From: a virus
Taxonomy: Duplodnaviria > Caudoviricetes
DNA: 30,524 nucleotides
Direction: 5' to 3' (one strand)
Virus record (IMG/VR): IMGVR_UViG_3300042900_000435
Coordinates: 1-30,524 of that record
In this document: positions 18,128 through 26,313 of the stretch, in pieces
How the letters are laid out: each line of letters opens with the position of its first letter
Position numbering within the stretch: position 1 is the stretch's first letter
Notes under the pieces: generated by a model
Told to the model about the DNA's origin: nothing
What the model saw: only the letters and a program-made list of their open reading frames with translations
The model's database searches: none
Translations under genes and position numbers: made by a program

Positions 18128-19082
18128 TGCCAAAATAGGGGTCGTTTTTCAACCAGTTATAATAGATTTCAAATCCTTGATCTACATCCACTTTTGGATT
18201 AAATCCAAAATCATTTCGAGCCTTGGTAACATCTAGTGCTCCGCGACTAGGAAAGTCTGCATCTTTATCTCGAACTTCGATACTGCCGCGCCCTGCTAAT
18301 TTAACAGCAAGCTCAGCAGCACTTAATAAAGTCTTGCTATGACTCTTTGTAATATTGTATGTGTTATTTGCTGCCTTGTCTGAAAGTGTGGCAGCAACAA
18401 ATCCGTCAGCAGCGTCATCAACATAGGTAAAGTCTAAGGTTTCATTTCTGCCATTTACCTTAAGTGTTTCACCACGCATGGCAGTAAGCAAAAATTTCGA
18501 AATAACACGATCCTCCACATCTAATGGACCATATACTGCACTTGGTCTTAGAATGGTATGCTCGATACCATGTTTGCGTGTGTAATCTTTGACTAACCAT
18601 TCACCGGCAAGTTTAAGAATACCGTATTGACCCTGAGGGCGGCACTCTGCATCTTCTGTGACATAATCTTCAAAGTCACCATAGACCATACTACTGCTAG
18701 CATAGGTAAATCTGCGAACACCGTGTTCTACTGCTTTTTCTAATAGCATTAATAGTCCAGTGCTCATTACTGTGCTTCCCCACGTAGGATTGGCATTGAC
18801 TACTTTTTGTCTAGGAAATGATGCAAGATGGATAATTGCTTCAATGTTGTGTTTAGGTAATAGCCAATCAAACATACTACCTTCAAGAATATCATTCACA
18901 TGAATCTCAGAATGTTTAATAAACTTTCTTCGTTCTATCATTAAATGATCAAGCTCTTCTTGAGGAATGATTCCATAGTTAGTCATAACATCATAGACAA
19001 CCACAGTGTGTCCTTGATCCTCTAACTTTCTAACAATATTATGCCCAATGAGGCCCATACCACCGGTTACTAGAATATTCAT
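18114..19082 (-). CDS. NAD-dependent epimerase/dehydratase (extended SDR)
   Basis: ILVTGGMGLIG, YASSSMVYG, YGILK (YxxxK), LRPSAVYGP, DFTYVDD. Confidence 0.93.
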   Translation of the reverse strand: MNILVTGGMGLIGHNIVRKLEDQGHTVVVYDVMTNYGIIPQEELDHLMIERRKFIKHSEIHVNDILEGSMFDWLLPKHNIEAIIHLASFPRQKVVNANPTWGSTVMSTGLLMLLEKAVEHGVRRFTYASSSMVYGDFEDYVTEDAECRPQGQYGILKLAGEWLVKDYTRKHGIEHTILRPSAVYGPLDVEDRVISKFLLTAMRGETLKVNGRNETLDFTYVDDAADGFVAATLSDKAANNTYNITKSHSKTLLSAAELAVKLAGRGSIEVRDKDADFPSRGALDVTKARNDFGFNPKVDVDQGFEIYYNWLKNDPYFGIDKH

Positions 19083-19513
19083 TTTGTTTGATTAGAAATA
19101 GTTTTATACCCCTTGCCGGTAGGGTGTATGCGATCCGGGCTTAGATCGTGGGTGCGAGTTTCGATAACACGATCATGATACTTGTTGGCCACAGCCCAAA
19201 CTGCCTTGCGTTTTTCTTCTTTGATAGCCGGCAAGATCCAATAAACACGATCTGCTTGAACCAATTGACGCAGGGTGTCCAATTCTTCAAAGGTGTTTAT
19301 CTTTTCAGTATCGTTTGATCCTAGGCTGATAATAACGTGTTTGGCCTGTGTATCACCTTTGGTGTGTAACAGATACCGGTTCACATAGTCATAGCTGTTG
19401 ATACCACTCTTGGCATGAGTAACACATTCGGTACGAACCTGTCCCACACCTACTGCAAGGCTGTCGCCTAGAATCAAACATTCCAACATAAGTTTTCCAA
19501 AAATGTTAATCAT
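19079..19513 (-). CDS. SGNH/GDSL hydrolase
   Basis: ILGDSLAVG, SLGSND, DRIHP blocks. Confidence 0.88.
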   Translation of the reverse strand: MINIFGKLMLECLILGDSLAVGVGQVRTECVTHAKSGINSYDYVNRYLLHTKGDTQAKHVIISLGSNDTEKINTFEELDTLRQLVQADRVYWILPAIKEEKRKAVWAVANKYHDRVIETRTHDLSPDRIHPTGKGYKTISNQTK

Positions 19514-19520
19514 AAAATAT

Positions 19521-19548
19521 ATTATAACATACTTAATACATATGTCAA
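19521..19548 (-). promoter_or_regulatory. Sigma70 promoter
   Basis: TTGACA-16-TATAAT, ending 7 nt before ATG 19513. Confidence 0.7.
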
Positions 19549-19571
19549 GAGAAAGCCCACCGAAGTGGGCT
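19549..19571 (-). terminator. Intrinsic terminator with UUCG loop
   Basis: AGCCCAC-UUCG-GUGGGCU-UUCUC on the minus strand. Confidence 0.75.
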
Positions 19572-19595
19572 ATTCTGTTAGTTTACAAGGTATAA

Positions 19596-19820
19596 CTATC
19601 CCAGACTGTTATTTTTAACATCCATGGTCATTTGTTTAACCAATCGATATATCATTTCCTTGTGATACTCTGTGGCAAGATAGTCGCCTTGGCTTTCACC
19701 CGACTCGTATCCGTACTTGTATGCCGGAGTATCGATATACTGATTGCGTTCATCCATGCTGTTTAGTATTTCTCGTATTTTAGATGATTCTGGTTTTTTC
19801 TCTTTTATTGCTTTTGTCAT
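19596..19820 (-). CDS. Hypothetical protein
   Basis: GGAG RBS, co-oriented, 74 aa. Confidence 0.65.
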   Translation of the reverse strand: MTKAIKEKKPESSKIREILNSMDERNQYIDTPAYKYGYESGESQGDYLATEYHKEMIYRLVKQMTMDVKNNSLG

Positions 19821-19822
19821 TG

Positions 19823-20029
19823 TTATTCTCCAAATCTATCTATGCGATAGGTAGCTGCTAATGCCGCAGTCAGCTGTCGGTTATGTTCCATGGCTGCTTG
19901 ATAGCCATCTTCAAAACCTTGTTTCCAAAGCGGGTTAGACATCATTTCTTCATCCGTTTCGTTAATTTCTTTTAACATCTCGCGTAGTGATTTCCCTTTG
20001 CCGGGCCGGCCTGGTCCAAATTGTGTCAT
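19823..20029 (-). CDS. Hypothetical protein
   Basis: AAGGAG RBS, 68 aa, WKQGFEDGYQAA motif. Confidence 0.7.
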   Translation of the reverse strand: MTQFGPGRPGKGKSLREMLKEINETDEEMMSNPLWKQGFEDGYQAAMEHNRQLTAALAATYRIDRFGE

Positions 20030-20038
20030 ATTGTCTCC

Positions 20039-21991
20039 TTAAACTGTTTCTGGTAATTTGCCGCCGATAGCAACAAATTTATTTTCTAAATCAAAAATGT
20101 CAACAGTATCGGAACCAATTACTTTATCATCTTGCTTTTTTTGTTTTATTATCGAACGCGACACATCTTCTGAAACTTGTAGTTCTCGTGCAAAAATATA
20201 AGTATCTAAGAAATCACTATTGGTGCTTACACCAAACTCGTCAAAAGTCATTTTTTCTTGTGCAATGCGACTTCTGCAGATCATTACCCACAATAAAGAA
20301 TTTTTTAGAACTTCAGTTTTAGACATTTGTTTAGCTGTTTCAAAATATAGTTCAGGATCTGGGAGTTTAGAAACAGCTTGGGTTGCAATCTTTTCAATAC
20401 TTTTATAATTAGGATTATAGATAAGAAGATCTCTGCCGTTATCCCCACCTTTTTCAATTAACCAGCCAAAATTATCTTTAATTTGATAAGTTTTAATTTC
20501 GTCGTCTGTGGCTTCTCGATATTGAGGAATATCAGGCTGTGTAAACTGAGGATTTTTAAAGTTCTTTTGAACAGCCCTTTTTACTCCGGAGCCGGGTTGC
20601 GCGGGGTGATTGTTCCCTTGTCCTTGTGTTCTTTTAGAAACAATCCCTTGATTAATAGAAGGTTTTCCAAGTAAGGGACGATCAAGATCCATATATTTTG
20701 AAAACATATCTCTTAAAACTTCGTCAAGATCCGTTTTAAAATCTTTCTTAGTTTCTTTAGCTTTTTCTTTGTACCACTCAGGCATGTTTGCTTGAATCAT
20801 ACGAAGATTCTCGTCACTGTCAAACGCTAATTCTCCAGTTTCTTTTTGCAAGGTCACACGGTACTTGTCTGTAATTACAGCACGATCTGGCAATTCTACA
20901 AAAATACGGAAATGACTAAATTTATCTTGTATCCCTAATCTAAAGGCAATAGTTTTCCAATTTCGGTGAGTATTAACCTGGGTATCGTATATTTCGTCTC
21001 GCCACACAAATCCACTAAATGCAGTAGTCCAACTTGGACCATTTAAAAAATTATTAGACGCAGGATCGTCCGATCTTTCATATCCAGCTCCGATCGGAGC
21101 ATCGTAGAAGTAATGTATCTTAATACCATCTACAGTTTCTACAGTTTCTAATCGAGGATCCTCGCCTCCAAACACAGATGCTCGTTTTGGATTTTGTTGT
21201 GCCTTTTCAAAAGCTTCAAGAAATGTTATAAAAGTGCTAGTTGCACCTTTATCTCCCGATTCATTGTTAGCACTTGGGTCAATTTTGATTTTAATATTAT
21301 CAGGTAGTCTAAAATATCGTTTACATAGATTTTCTTTAATGTGTCCTGCATTGACTTTTTTACGTTCTTCACCGTCAGGACCAAATCCAAAAGTGTTCAA
21401 ATAAGTATCTTGATTTACCTCTCGACCTAAAATAATAACTTCTGTAAAATCTTGACTAAGGTCGTAATTTCGATCGTTAGAGTTTTCGTTTATCCAATCT
21501 GTACATTCTAAAATCGGATATCCCTGACCATCTTCGGAGTAGGCAACGATATTAAAATCAATACCATTAGTGTACTCTTTGCCTAACCAAGCAAAGTGTC
21601 CCTTTCCCTCTTTATATGTGATAATTAGTAAATCACTCCAGTTAAGCACTGAAGTTTTAATACCGACACCGTAATTTGCATTAAGGCTGGCGGTTTTTCC
21701 GCTGCCGCCAAGTTTAAGTGCTTTTACCAGTTCAGTAGCTGTCATTCCACCTAGGTTAAGCACTGATAATTTATTTTTAAACTTATCTAACCCACCTTGA
21801 TCTATTAATCCGTTAAGATGGAGTTTCCTTATCTTAATTTCTGCCGATTTGATATTTTTGTTGGAAATATAACTTTTGGTAGCTTCGAGAGCATTTTGAA
21901 CTGCTTCACGGTACCACATCCACTCTGGATGATCTTTCACTAATAGACTGGTTATAACACCAGAATTGTCTACGCCAATTGTATAACTCAT
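20039..21991 (-). CDS. GHKL (HATPase/MORC-like) ATPase-domain protein
   Basis: YREAVQNALEA (N box), NLGGMT, LGGSGK...NYGVGIK (G boxes), FTEVII. Confidence 0.75.
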   Translation of the reverse strand: MSYTIGVDNSGVITSLLVKDHPEWMWYREAVQNALEATKSYISNKNIKSAEIKIRKLHLNGLIDQGGLDKFKNKLSVLNLGGMTATELVKALKLGGSGKTASLNANYGVGIKTSVLNWSDLLIITYKEGKGHFAWLGKEYTNGIDFNIVAYSEDGQGYPILECTDWINENSNDRNYDLSQDFTEVIILGREVNQDTYLNTFGFGPDGEERKKVNAGHIKENLCKRYFRLPDNIKIKIDPSANNESGDKGATSTFITFLEAFEKAQQNPKRASVFGGEDPRLETVETVDGIKIHYFYDAPIGAGYERSDDPASNNFLNGPSWTTAFSGFVWRDEIYDTQVNTHRNWKTIAFRLGIQDKFSHFRIFVELPDRAVITDKYRVTLQKETGELAFDSDENLRMIQANMPEWYKEKAKETKKDFKTDLDEVLRDMFSKYMDLDRPLLGKPSINQGIVSKRTQGQGNNHPAQPGSGVKRAVQKNFKNPQFTQPDIPQYREATDDEIKTYQIKDNFGWLIEKGGDNGRDLLIYNPNYKSIEKIATQAVSKLPDPELYFETAKQMSKTEVLKNSLLWVMICRSRIAQEKMTFDEFGVSTNSDFLDTYIFARELQVSEDVSRSIIKQKKQDDKVIGSDTVDIFDLENKFVAIGGKLPETV

Positions 21992-22170
21992 TTTAATTTT
22001 CCTTGTTTAAGTTTCTTGTACTCTGTTACGCATTGAACTGAGATTAACAAGTATGTTATTATACCTATTGATCTAATCTTAGACGCAACAAGTATAATAT
22101 AACATAGTATACAACAAACTCCAACATAAATACAAGAGTGAGATTTACCAAAATATCGAATATTTTGTTC

Positions 22171-22195
22171 AAAATAAAAGGCACCTAGTGCCTTT
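22171..22195 (-). terminator. Intrinsic terminator
   Basis: AAAGGCAC-UAG-GUGCCUUU-UAUUUU. Confidence 0.7.
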
Positions 22196-22369
22196 GCCAA
22201 ACTTAATTGGATTAGTCTAACCATTTTGCCTCGCAAGGCTCACCCCTAAGGTTCTTTACTGGTTTGCATATAGTCGTATACTCGCTATGCGAGCAAATTA
22301 CTTAGTCTATTTAGGGTATGAAGTTACTGGTTACGGATTCCAGCGATACCTTTTATCTTGTATCCGATT

Positions 22370-23080
22370 TTAATTCCAATATCTAGATGAATCTAATCGA
22401 TCCCAGTAGGCTTTGTTATTGCGATTAACGAAGTTCTTGATTAGGTATTTGGCCATGCCCAAGTATCCCATCTTCTTAAATCTGCGACTGTCTTGTCCAA
22501 AGTGATGACGTATAATTCTAAACTTCTTAGGGCTGTATTTGCGAGACAAGAAGAAATCTTCACTTGTTGAAAACTGTTCAGGGAAGCCGCCATATTCTTC
22601 AAAGCGATCTCTGCGTGTCAGCATGAACGCTCCTACAGCAAAAGGACTAAAGTATTTCAATGCATGATTGATTAGATTAAATGCCGTGAATCCAATCTTT
22701 GCTCGTAGGTCCTTGTCATAGCACTTGATGTTTAGACCAATAAGATCTAGGTTCTTGCTTTCTATTAGATCAACAGCATCTCGTATCACAGTATCTTTAA
22801 AGAAACGAACGTCAGCATCGATGAACAATATGTAAGGTGTAGTTACCAAACGTGCTCCATTGTTCTTAGCAACAGATACTGGACCACCGTCGATGACTTC
22901 AACATTCAGTTCGTCCTTCATTATTTCTATAACTTCTCGAGTGCGATCTGTAGAACAATCAGCAATAATAATTTTAGTATCGCCTATCGATTGCTGACGT
23001 AGGTGCATTAATAAATGTGCAATATAGTTTTCCTCATTTTTGCAAGGAACCACAATGGTAATTTTTTCACTAAGTTTCAT
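22370..23080 (-). CDS. Glycosyltransferase family 2 (start probably MKLSEK at 23080)
   Basis: IVVPCKNEE, IADCSTDRT, AKNNGA, ILFIDAD, GGFPE...SED. Confidence 0.92.
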   Translation of the reverse strand: MKLSEKITIVVPCKNEENYIAHLLMHLRQQSIGDTKIIIADCSTDRTREVIEIMKDELNVEVIDGGPVSVAKNNGARLVTTPYILFIDADVRFFKDTVIRDAVDLIESKNLDLIGLNIKCYDKDLRAKIGFTAFNLINHALKYFSPFAVGAFMLTRRDRFEEYGGFPEQFSTSEDFFLSRKYSPKKFRIIRHHFGQDSRRFKKMGYLGMAKYLIKNFVNRNNKAYWDRLDSSRYWN

Positions 23081-23247
23081 TTCTTTACACACTTCCCTTC
23101 AATTTTAAATTGACTAAACTTCAACCAATAGGTCATAGATTGTAAACTTTGTTCACAGGCTGTTTGATTCTGGAACATCAATTCTATTCGTCCTGGTATG
23201 TCTTGCGGATTGTTTGTGTGTACCGCTATTAATATCATTATCCACAT
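23077..23247 (-). CDS. Small 56-aa protein not in the ORF track (MWIMILIAVHTNNPQDIPGRIELMFQNQTACEQ...EGKCVKK)
   Basis: AAGGAG RBS; hydrophobic N-terminus; two Cys; ATGA overlap with GT2. Confidence 0.65.
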   Translation of the reverse strand: MWIMILIAVHTNNPQDIPGRIELMFQNQTACEQSLQSMTYWLKFSQFKIEGKCVKK

Positions 23248-24007
23248 TGTCGCTCTCCTTGGTCCAAGTTACGACTTCCCAACGACCATCATGGTGCTCT
23301 ACAAGTGCTGTGCATGATTCAACCCAGTCGCCGTCGTTCATATAGATAACGCCGTCGATTTCTTTAATTTCTGCATGGTGTATATGCCCACAGATAACAC
23401 CATCGAACCCACGTTTTCTGCAATAGGCTACTAGATTCTTTTCAAACTGGAATATAAAGTCTACGGCCTTTTTAACACGGGCTTTGAGATACTTGCTCAG
23501 GCTCCAATAGCCAAAACCCATGCGGTGACGTAGCCAATTGAACTTGCTGTTGGCAGACAGGATAAAGTCATAGGCCTTGTCGCCAAGAAATGCCAGCCAA
23601 GGTGCCAGACGGGTAATACCGTCAAACAAATCCCCGTGTGTGACTAGATAGTGTTTGGTGTCAACACCTATGTGCTCTATTTGATTTACGATTTCAATGT
23701 TGCCAAAGTTAATACCATAGGGCATTAAGGGGCGGAGAAATTCATCGTGATTGCCTGCTACGTAGATTACTCTGGTGCCACGTTTGGCATGTCCGAGTAT
23801 ACGTCTTACAACGTTGGTATGACTCTGCTTCCAACGCCATTTGTTTTGTTGTATGCGCCACACATCTAATATATCCCCAACGAGATAAAGTGTTTCGCAG
23901 GTATTGTGTTTGAGGAAGTTGTTGAGCTTGTCTGCTTGACAATCCCTAGTCCCTAAATGTACATCAGATATAAAAATAGAGCGATAAGTTTTGGCTGTCA
24001 TAGCCAT
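23153..24007 (-). CDS. Metallophosphoesterase, PlcP-like phospholipase C (LpxH-like family)
   Basis: FISDVHLG, LVGDILD, GNHDEFLR, HGDLFD, LAFLGDKAYD, GYWSLSKYLKARVKKAV, DGVICGHIHHA, YMNDGDWVESCTALVE. Confidence 0.85.
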   Translation of the reverse strand: MAMTAKTYRSIFISDVHLGTRDCQADKLNNFLKHNTCETLYLVGDILDVWRIQQNKWRWKQSHTNVVRRILGHAKRGTRVIYVAGNHDEFLRPLMPYGINFGNIEIVNQIEHIGVDTKHYLVTHGDLFDGITRLAPWLAFLGDKAYDFILSANSKFNWLRHRMGFGYWSLSKYLKARVKKAVDFIFQFEKNLVAYCRKRGFDGVICGHIHHAEIKEIDGVIYMNDGDWVESCTALVEHHDGRWEVVTWTKESDNVDNDINSGTHKQSARHTRTNRIDVPESNSL

Positions 24008-24033
24008 ATTTATCGCTCTAAGGTGTGTGTAAT

Positions 24034-24051
24034 GTTACAGTTGTGTTAAAT
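24034..24051 (-). promoter_or_regulatory. Pho-box-like direct repeat upstream of the plcP-like gene
   Basis: Minus strand ATTTAAC-ACAA-CTGTAAC (7-4-7, 11-bp period), resembling CTGTCAT-AWAW-CTGTCAY. Confidence 0.45.
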
Positions 24052-24070
24052 CTGTACCAAGGTCTATTTA

Positions 24071-24577
24071 TTAACTGTTTAACACTTTTGCCACCGAATT
24101 CATTACACTGGCGATACGTCCAATGTCACGAAGTTGTTCTACTGTATAGCCTTCTGCCTTGAGTGTTTCGTAATGTGCCTTAACACAGAAGTGACACTTG
24201 CCCACAATGCTTGCTGCCAAACTGAATGCTTCAAAATTGGCCTTGGTTGTGCCGCCATGGCTGGCAATAGCGTTCATGCGTAACTGAGCCGGCAAGCCTT
24301 TGAGTGCAGGATCTTCGGCCATTTCAACATAGGGATACCATACATTGTTTTGTGCCATAATGCTGGCAGCAGTCATTGCGGCATCTGCGTGAACAGGAGC
24401 ATCAGCCAACATAACAGCCAACACCTTTCCGTTGCCAGTTGCAGCCAATGCAGCCACAGCACAGCCCATGGCCACATCAGCATCCAATGTGCTACGCAAA
24501 AGAACAGCGTCAAGATTTAACTTAGTGTCCTTAGCATAGTCGGGCAATGCACCCTTTACTGTTTCAATAAAACTCAT
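24071..24577 (-). CDS. ahpD: Alkyl hydroperoxidase AhpD
   Basis: LPDYAKDTKLNL, AASIMAQNNVWY, LPAQLRMN, SLAASIVGKCHFCVKAH. Confidence 0.93.
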   Translation of the reverse strand: MSFIETVKGALPDYAKDTKLNLDAVLLRSTLDADVAMGCAVAALAATGNGKVLAVMLADAPVHADAAMTAASIMAQNNVWYPYVEMAEDPALKGLPAQLRMNAIASHGGTTKANFEAFSLAASIVGKCHFCVKAHYETLKAEGYTVEQLRDIGRIASVMNSVAKVLNS

Positions 24578-24578
24578 T

Positions 24579-25214
24579 TTAATATTTTCCTGATGCTAAT
24601 ACGATTTGACAAATATGTTCTAATCGTTCAATGTGTTCAAATGCTCTCCACGGGCTTGTATCAATTGCAACTACTCCGTGTCCTTTAATACCTACAATGT
24701 CAAAACCAATTGTACCATCTTTACGAAGCCACAGATTTTCGTGACAACGATCAGCAAGTTCTTGACTGATAGGAGGCACATCTCCCACGTTCTTTGCTAC
24801 CTTAGTATAACGGTTTAGTTCTGGGAACTCTTCACTAATAGTGCTTAGATCAATCCCGGCATGCATGGCCGCAATACAATATGTAGGATGTAAATGAACA
24901 ACTACTCTGACTTCATTGCTGTGTTGACCCATCTTCTTTTGTAAACCAAAGTGTAGAGGAATCTCGCCGCTGGGTTTTAGTTTTTCACTAATGTCAGTGT
25001 AAGGTAGTTCATGCCAGGTATAACGATCAACAGGTTGATACATAATACCAATCTTCTTGAACTGATCAGGTTGCATAGTCTGCTTACGGACGCCGCTGGG
25101 TGTGATGTAGAAATGATCACGGTCGTGATGACGAATGCTGACATTGCCATCACGACTGGTAATCCAGTTGCGTCTATATGCTTCAACTAATGTATCGCAG
25201 ATAGTTTCTAACAT
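24579..25214 (-). CDS. Class II aldolase/adducin family protein
   Basis: DGNVSIR, ITPSG, KPSGEIPLH, VVHLHP, KGHGVVA, ERLEH. Confidence 0.9.
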   Translation of the reverse strand: MLETICDTLVEAYRRNWITSRDGNVSIRHHDRDHFYITPSGVRKQTMQPDQFKKIGIMYQPVDRYTWHELPYTDISEKLKPSGEIPLHFGLQKKMGQHSNEVRVVVHLHPTYCIAAMHAGIDLSTISEEFPELNRYTKVAKNVGDVPPISQELADRCHENLWLRKDGTIGFDIVGIKGHGVVAIDTSPWRAFEHIERLEHICQIVLASGKY

Positions 25215-25426
25215 TACTTGTTTCCGATACCGAAGTATTTTTGCAACACTTCTAGCTTATCTTCATACTCTGCAATATGCGCAATTTCAGTTTCTACAGC
25301 ACCCATCCAGTCAGTGTGATCGTGTATTGCCATAGGATTATTCAACATGACTTCTACATTCATCTTGTGTTTGATAATCTGTGCTGTAAAGTTTGCTTCT
25401 AATGCTTTAAGTAATTGTTCTTTCAT
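25214..25426 (-). CDS. Hypothetical phage protein
   Basis: AAGGAG RBS; two-helix pattern NVEVMLNNPMAI...IAEYEDKLEVLQKYF. Confidence 0.75.
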   Translation of the reverse strand: MKEQLLKALEANFTAQIIKHKMNVEVMLNNPMAIHDHTDWMGAVETEIAHIAEYEDKLEVLQKYFGIGNK

Positions 25427-25603
25427 TTATGCTCCTTGATAAAAGTTTAAGTTATCATCTTCAGCGAGCTCTGGAGTGTTCCAAACATTACGATTGTTCC
25501 ATTCACGAATACGATCCAATCGTTCTTGTTCTGTCATTTCATAACATCTAGGATTACGATCAGGCTGTCGCAGTGTGTCAATGCCTCGTTGAAGTTTAAA
25601 CAT
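25427..25603 (-). CDS. Small 58-aa hypothetical protein not in the ORF track (MFKLQRGIDTLRQPDRNPRCYEM...FYQGA)
   Basis: TAATG overlap with the ahpC stop; fills the gap exactly up to the next ATG. Confidence 0.65.
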   Translation of the reverse strand: MFKLQRGIDTLRQPDRNPRCYEMTEQERLDRIREWNNRNVWNTPELAEDDNLNFYQGA

Positions 25604-26142
25604 TACAGAGTCTCGCCGCCAACTGTGCGGTTACATGCACAGAGTTCACCAGTTTGTAACGCATCCAATACACGAAGTGTTTCTTCTGGGCTACGACCAA
25701 CGTTCAAGTTGTTAACAGTAACGTGCTGGATTTCGTTGTTAGGGTCAACGATGAATGTTGCACGAAGTGCAGCACCTGCTGGAGCATAGAATACTCCCAA
25801 CTGTTCAATCAAACTCAACTCGCCACGCTGTGTGTCAGCGAACTGTGTGTGAGTGATCTTCTTCAAATCAGCGTGTGCGTTCTGCCAGCTAACTTTACAG
25901 AACTCGTTGTCTGTGCTACCTGTTAGCAATACAGCATCGCGATCGGCGAAGTCACCTGCTAATTTGTCGTAGGCTACGATTTCTGTAGGGCATACAAATG
26001 TAAAGTCCTTTGGATAGTAAACGATCACTTTCCACTTACCTGGGAAACTCTCATCTGTGATGTCAAAGAACGCATCTTCTGGTTGTCCTGGCTTAACACC
26101 TGTGACTGTAAATGGGGCTAATTTATCGCCAACTGTTTTCAT
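25603..26142 (-). CDS. ahpC: Peroxiredoxin AhpC
   Basis: YYPKDFTFVCPTEI, ALRATFIVDP, VGRSPEETLRVLDALQTGELC. Confidence 0.96.
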   Translation of the reverse strand: MKTVGDKLAPFTVTGVKPGQPEDAFFDITDESFPGKWKVIVYYPKDFTFVCPTEIVAYDKLAGDFADRDAVLLTGSTDNEFCKVSWQNAHADLKKITHTQFADTQRGELSLIEQLGVFYAPAGAALRATFIVDPNNEIQHVTVNNLNVGRSPEETLRVLDALQTGELCACNRTVGGETL

Positions 26143-26197
26143 ATCTTCTCCTTGTGTGTGTTGAAAACTAACTCTTCAGTGTTTATACTGATATACT

Positions 26198-26283
26198 ATT
26201 ATAATAGTATTTAACTTGGAAATCAACCTTTTTAATAGATTCGTCCAATAATTATTTCAATGACGATTATAGGAAAAATTAAT
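26198..26283 (-). promoter_or_regulatory. ahpC promoter with OxyR-like operator
   Basis: TTGATT-17-TATAAT (26226-26198); ATAG-N7-CAAT at 26235-26249 and CAAT-N7-ATAG-N7-TAAT at 26258-26283. Confidence 0.55.
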
Positions 26284-26286
26284 ATC

Positions 26287-26313
26287 AAAAAGAAACCCGC
26301 CGAAGCGGGTTCT
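26287..26313 (-). terminator. Intrinsic terminator of the tmRNA
   Basis: AACCCGC-UUCG-GCGGGUU-UCUUUUU. Confidence 0.85.

Noticed and set aside
21988-22236. 82-aa minus-strand ORF
   Set aside because: It crosses a terminator and the AT-rich promoter region of the GHKL gene, and its composition is not protein-like
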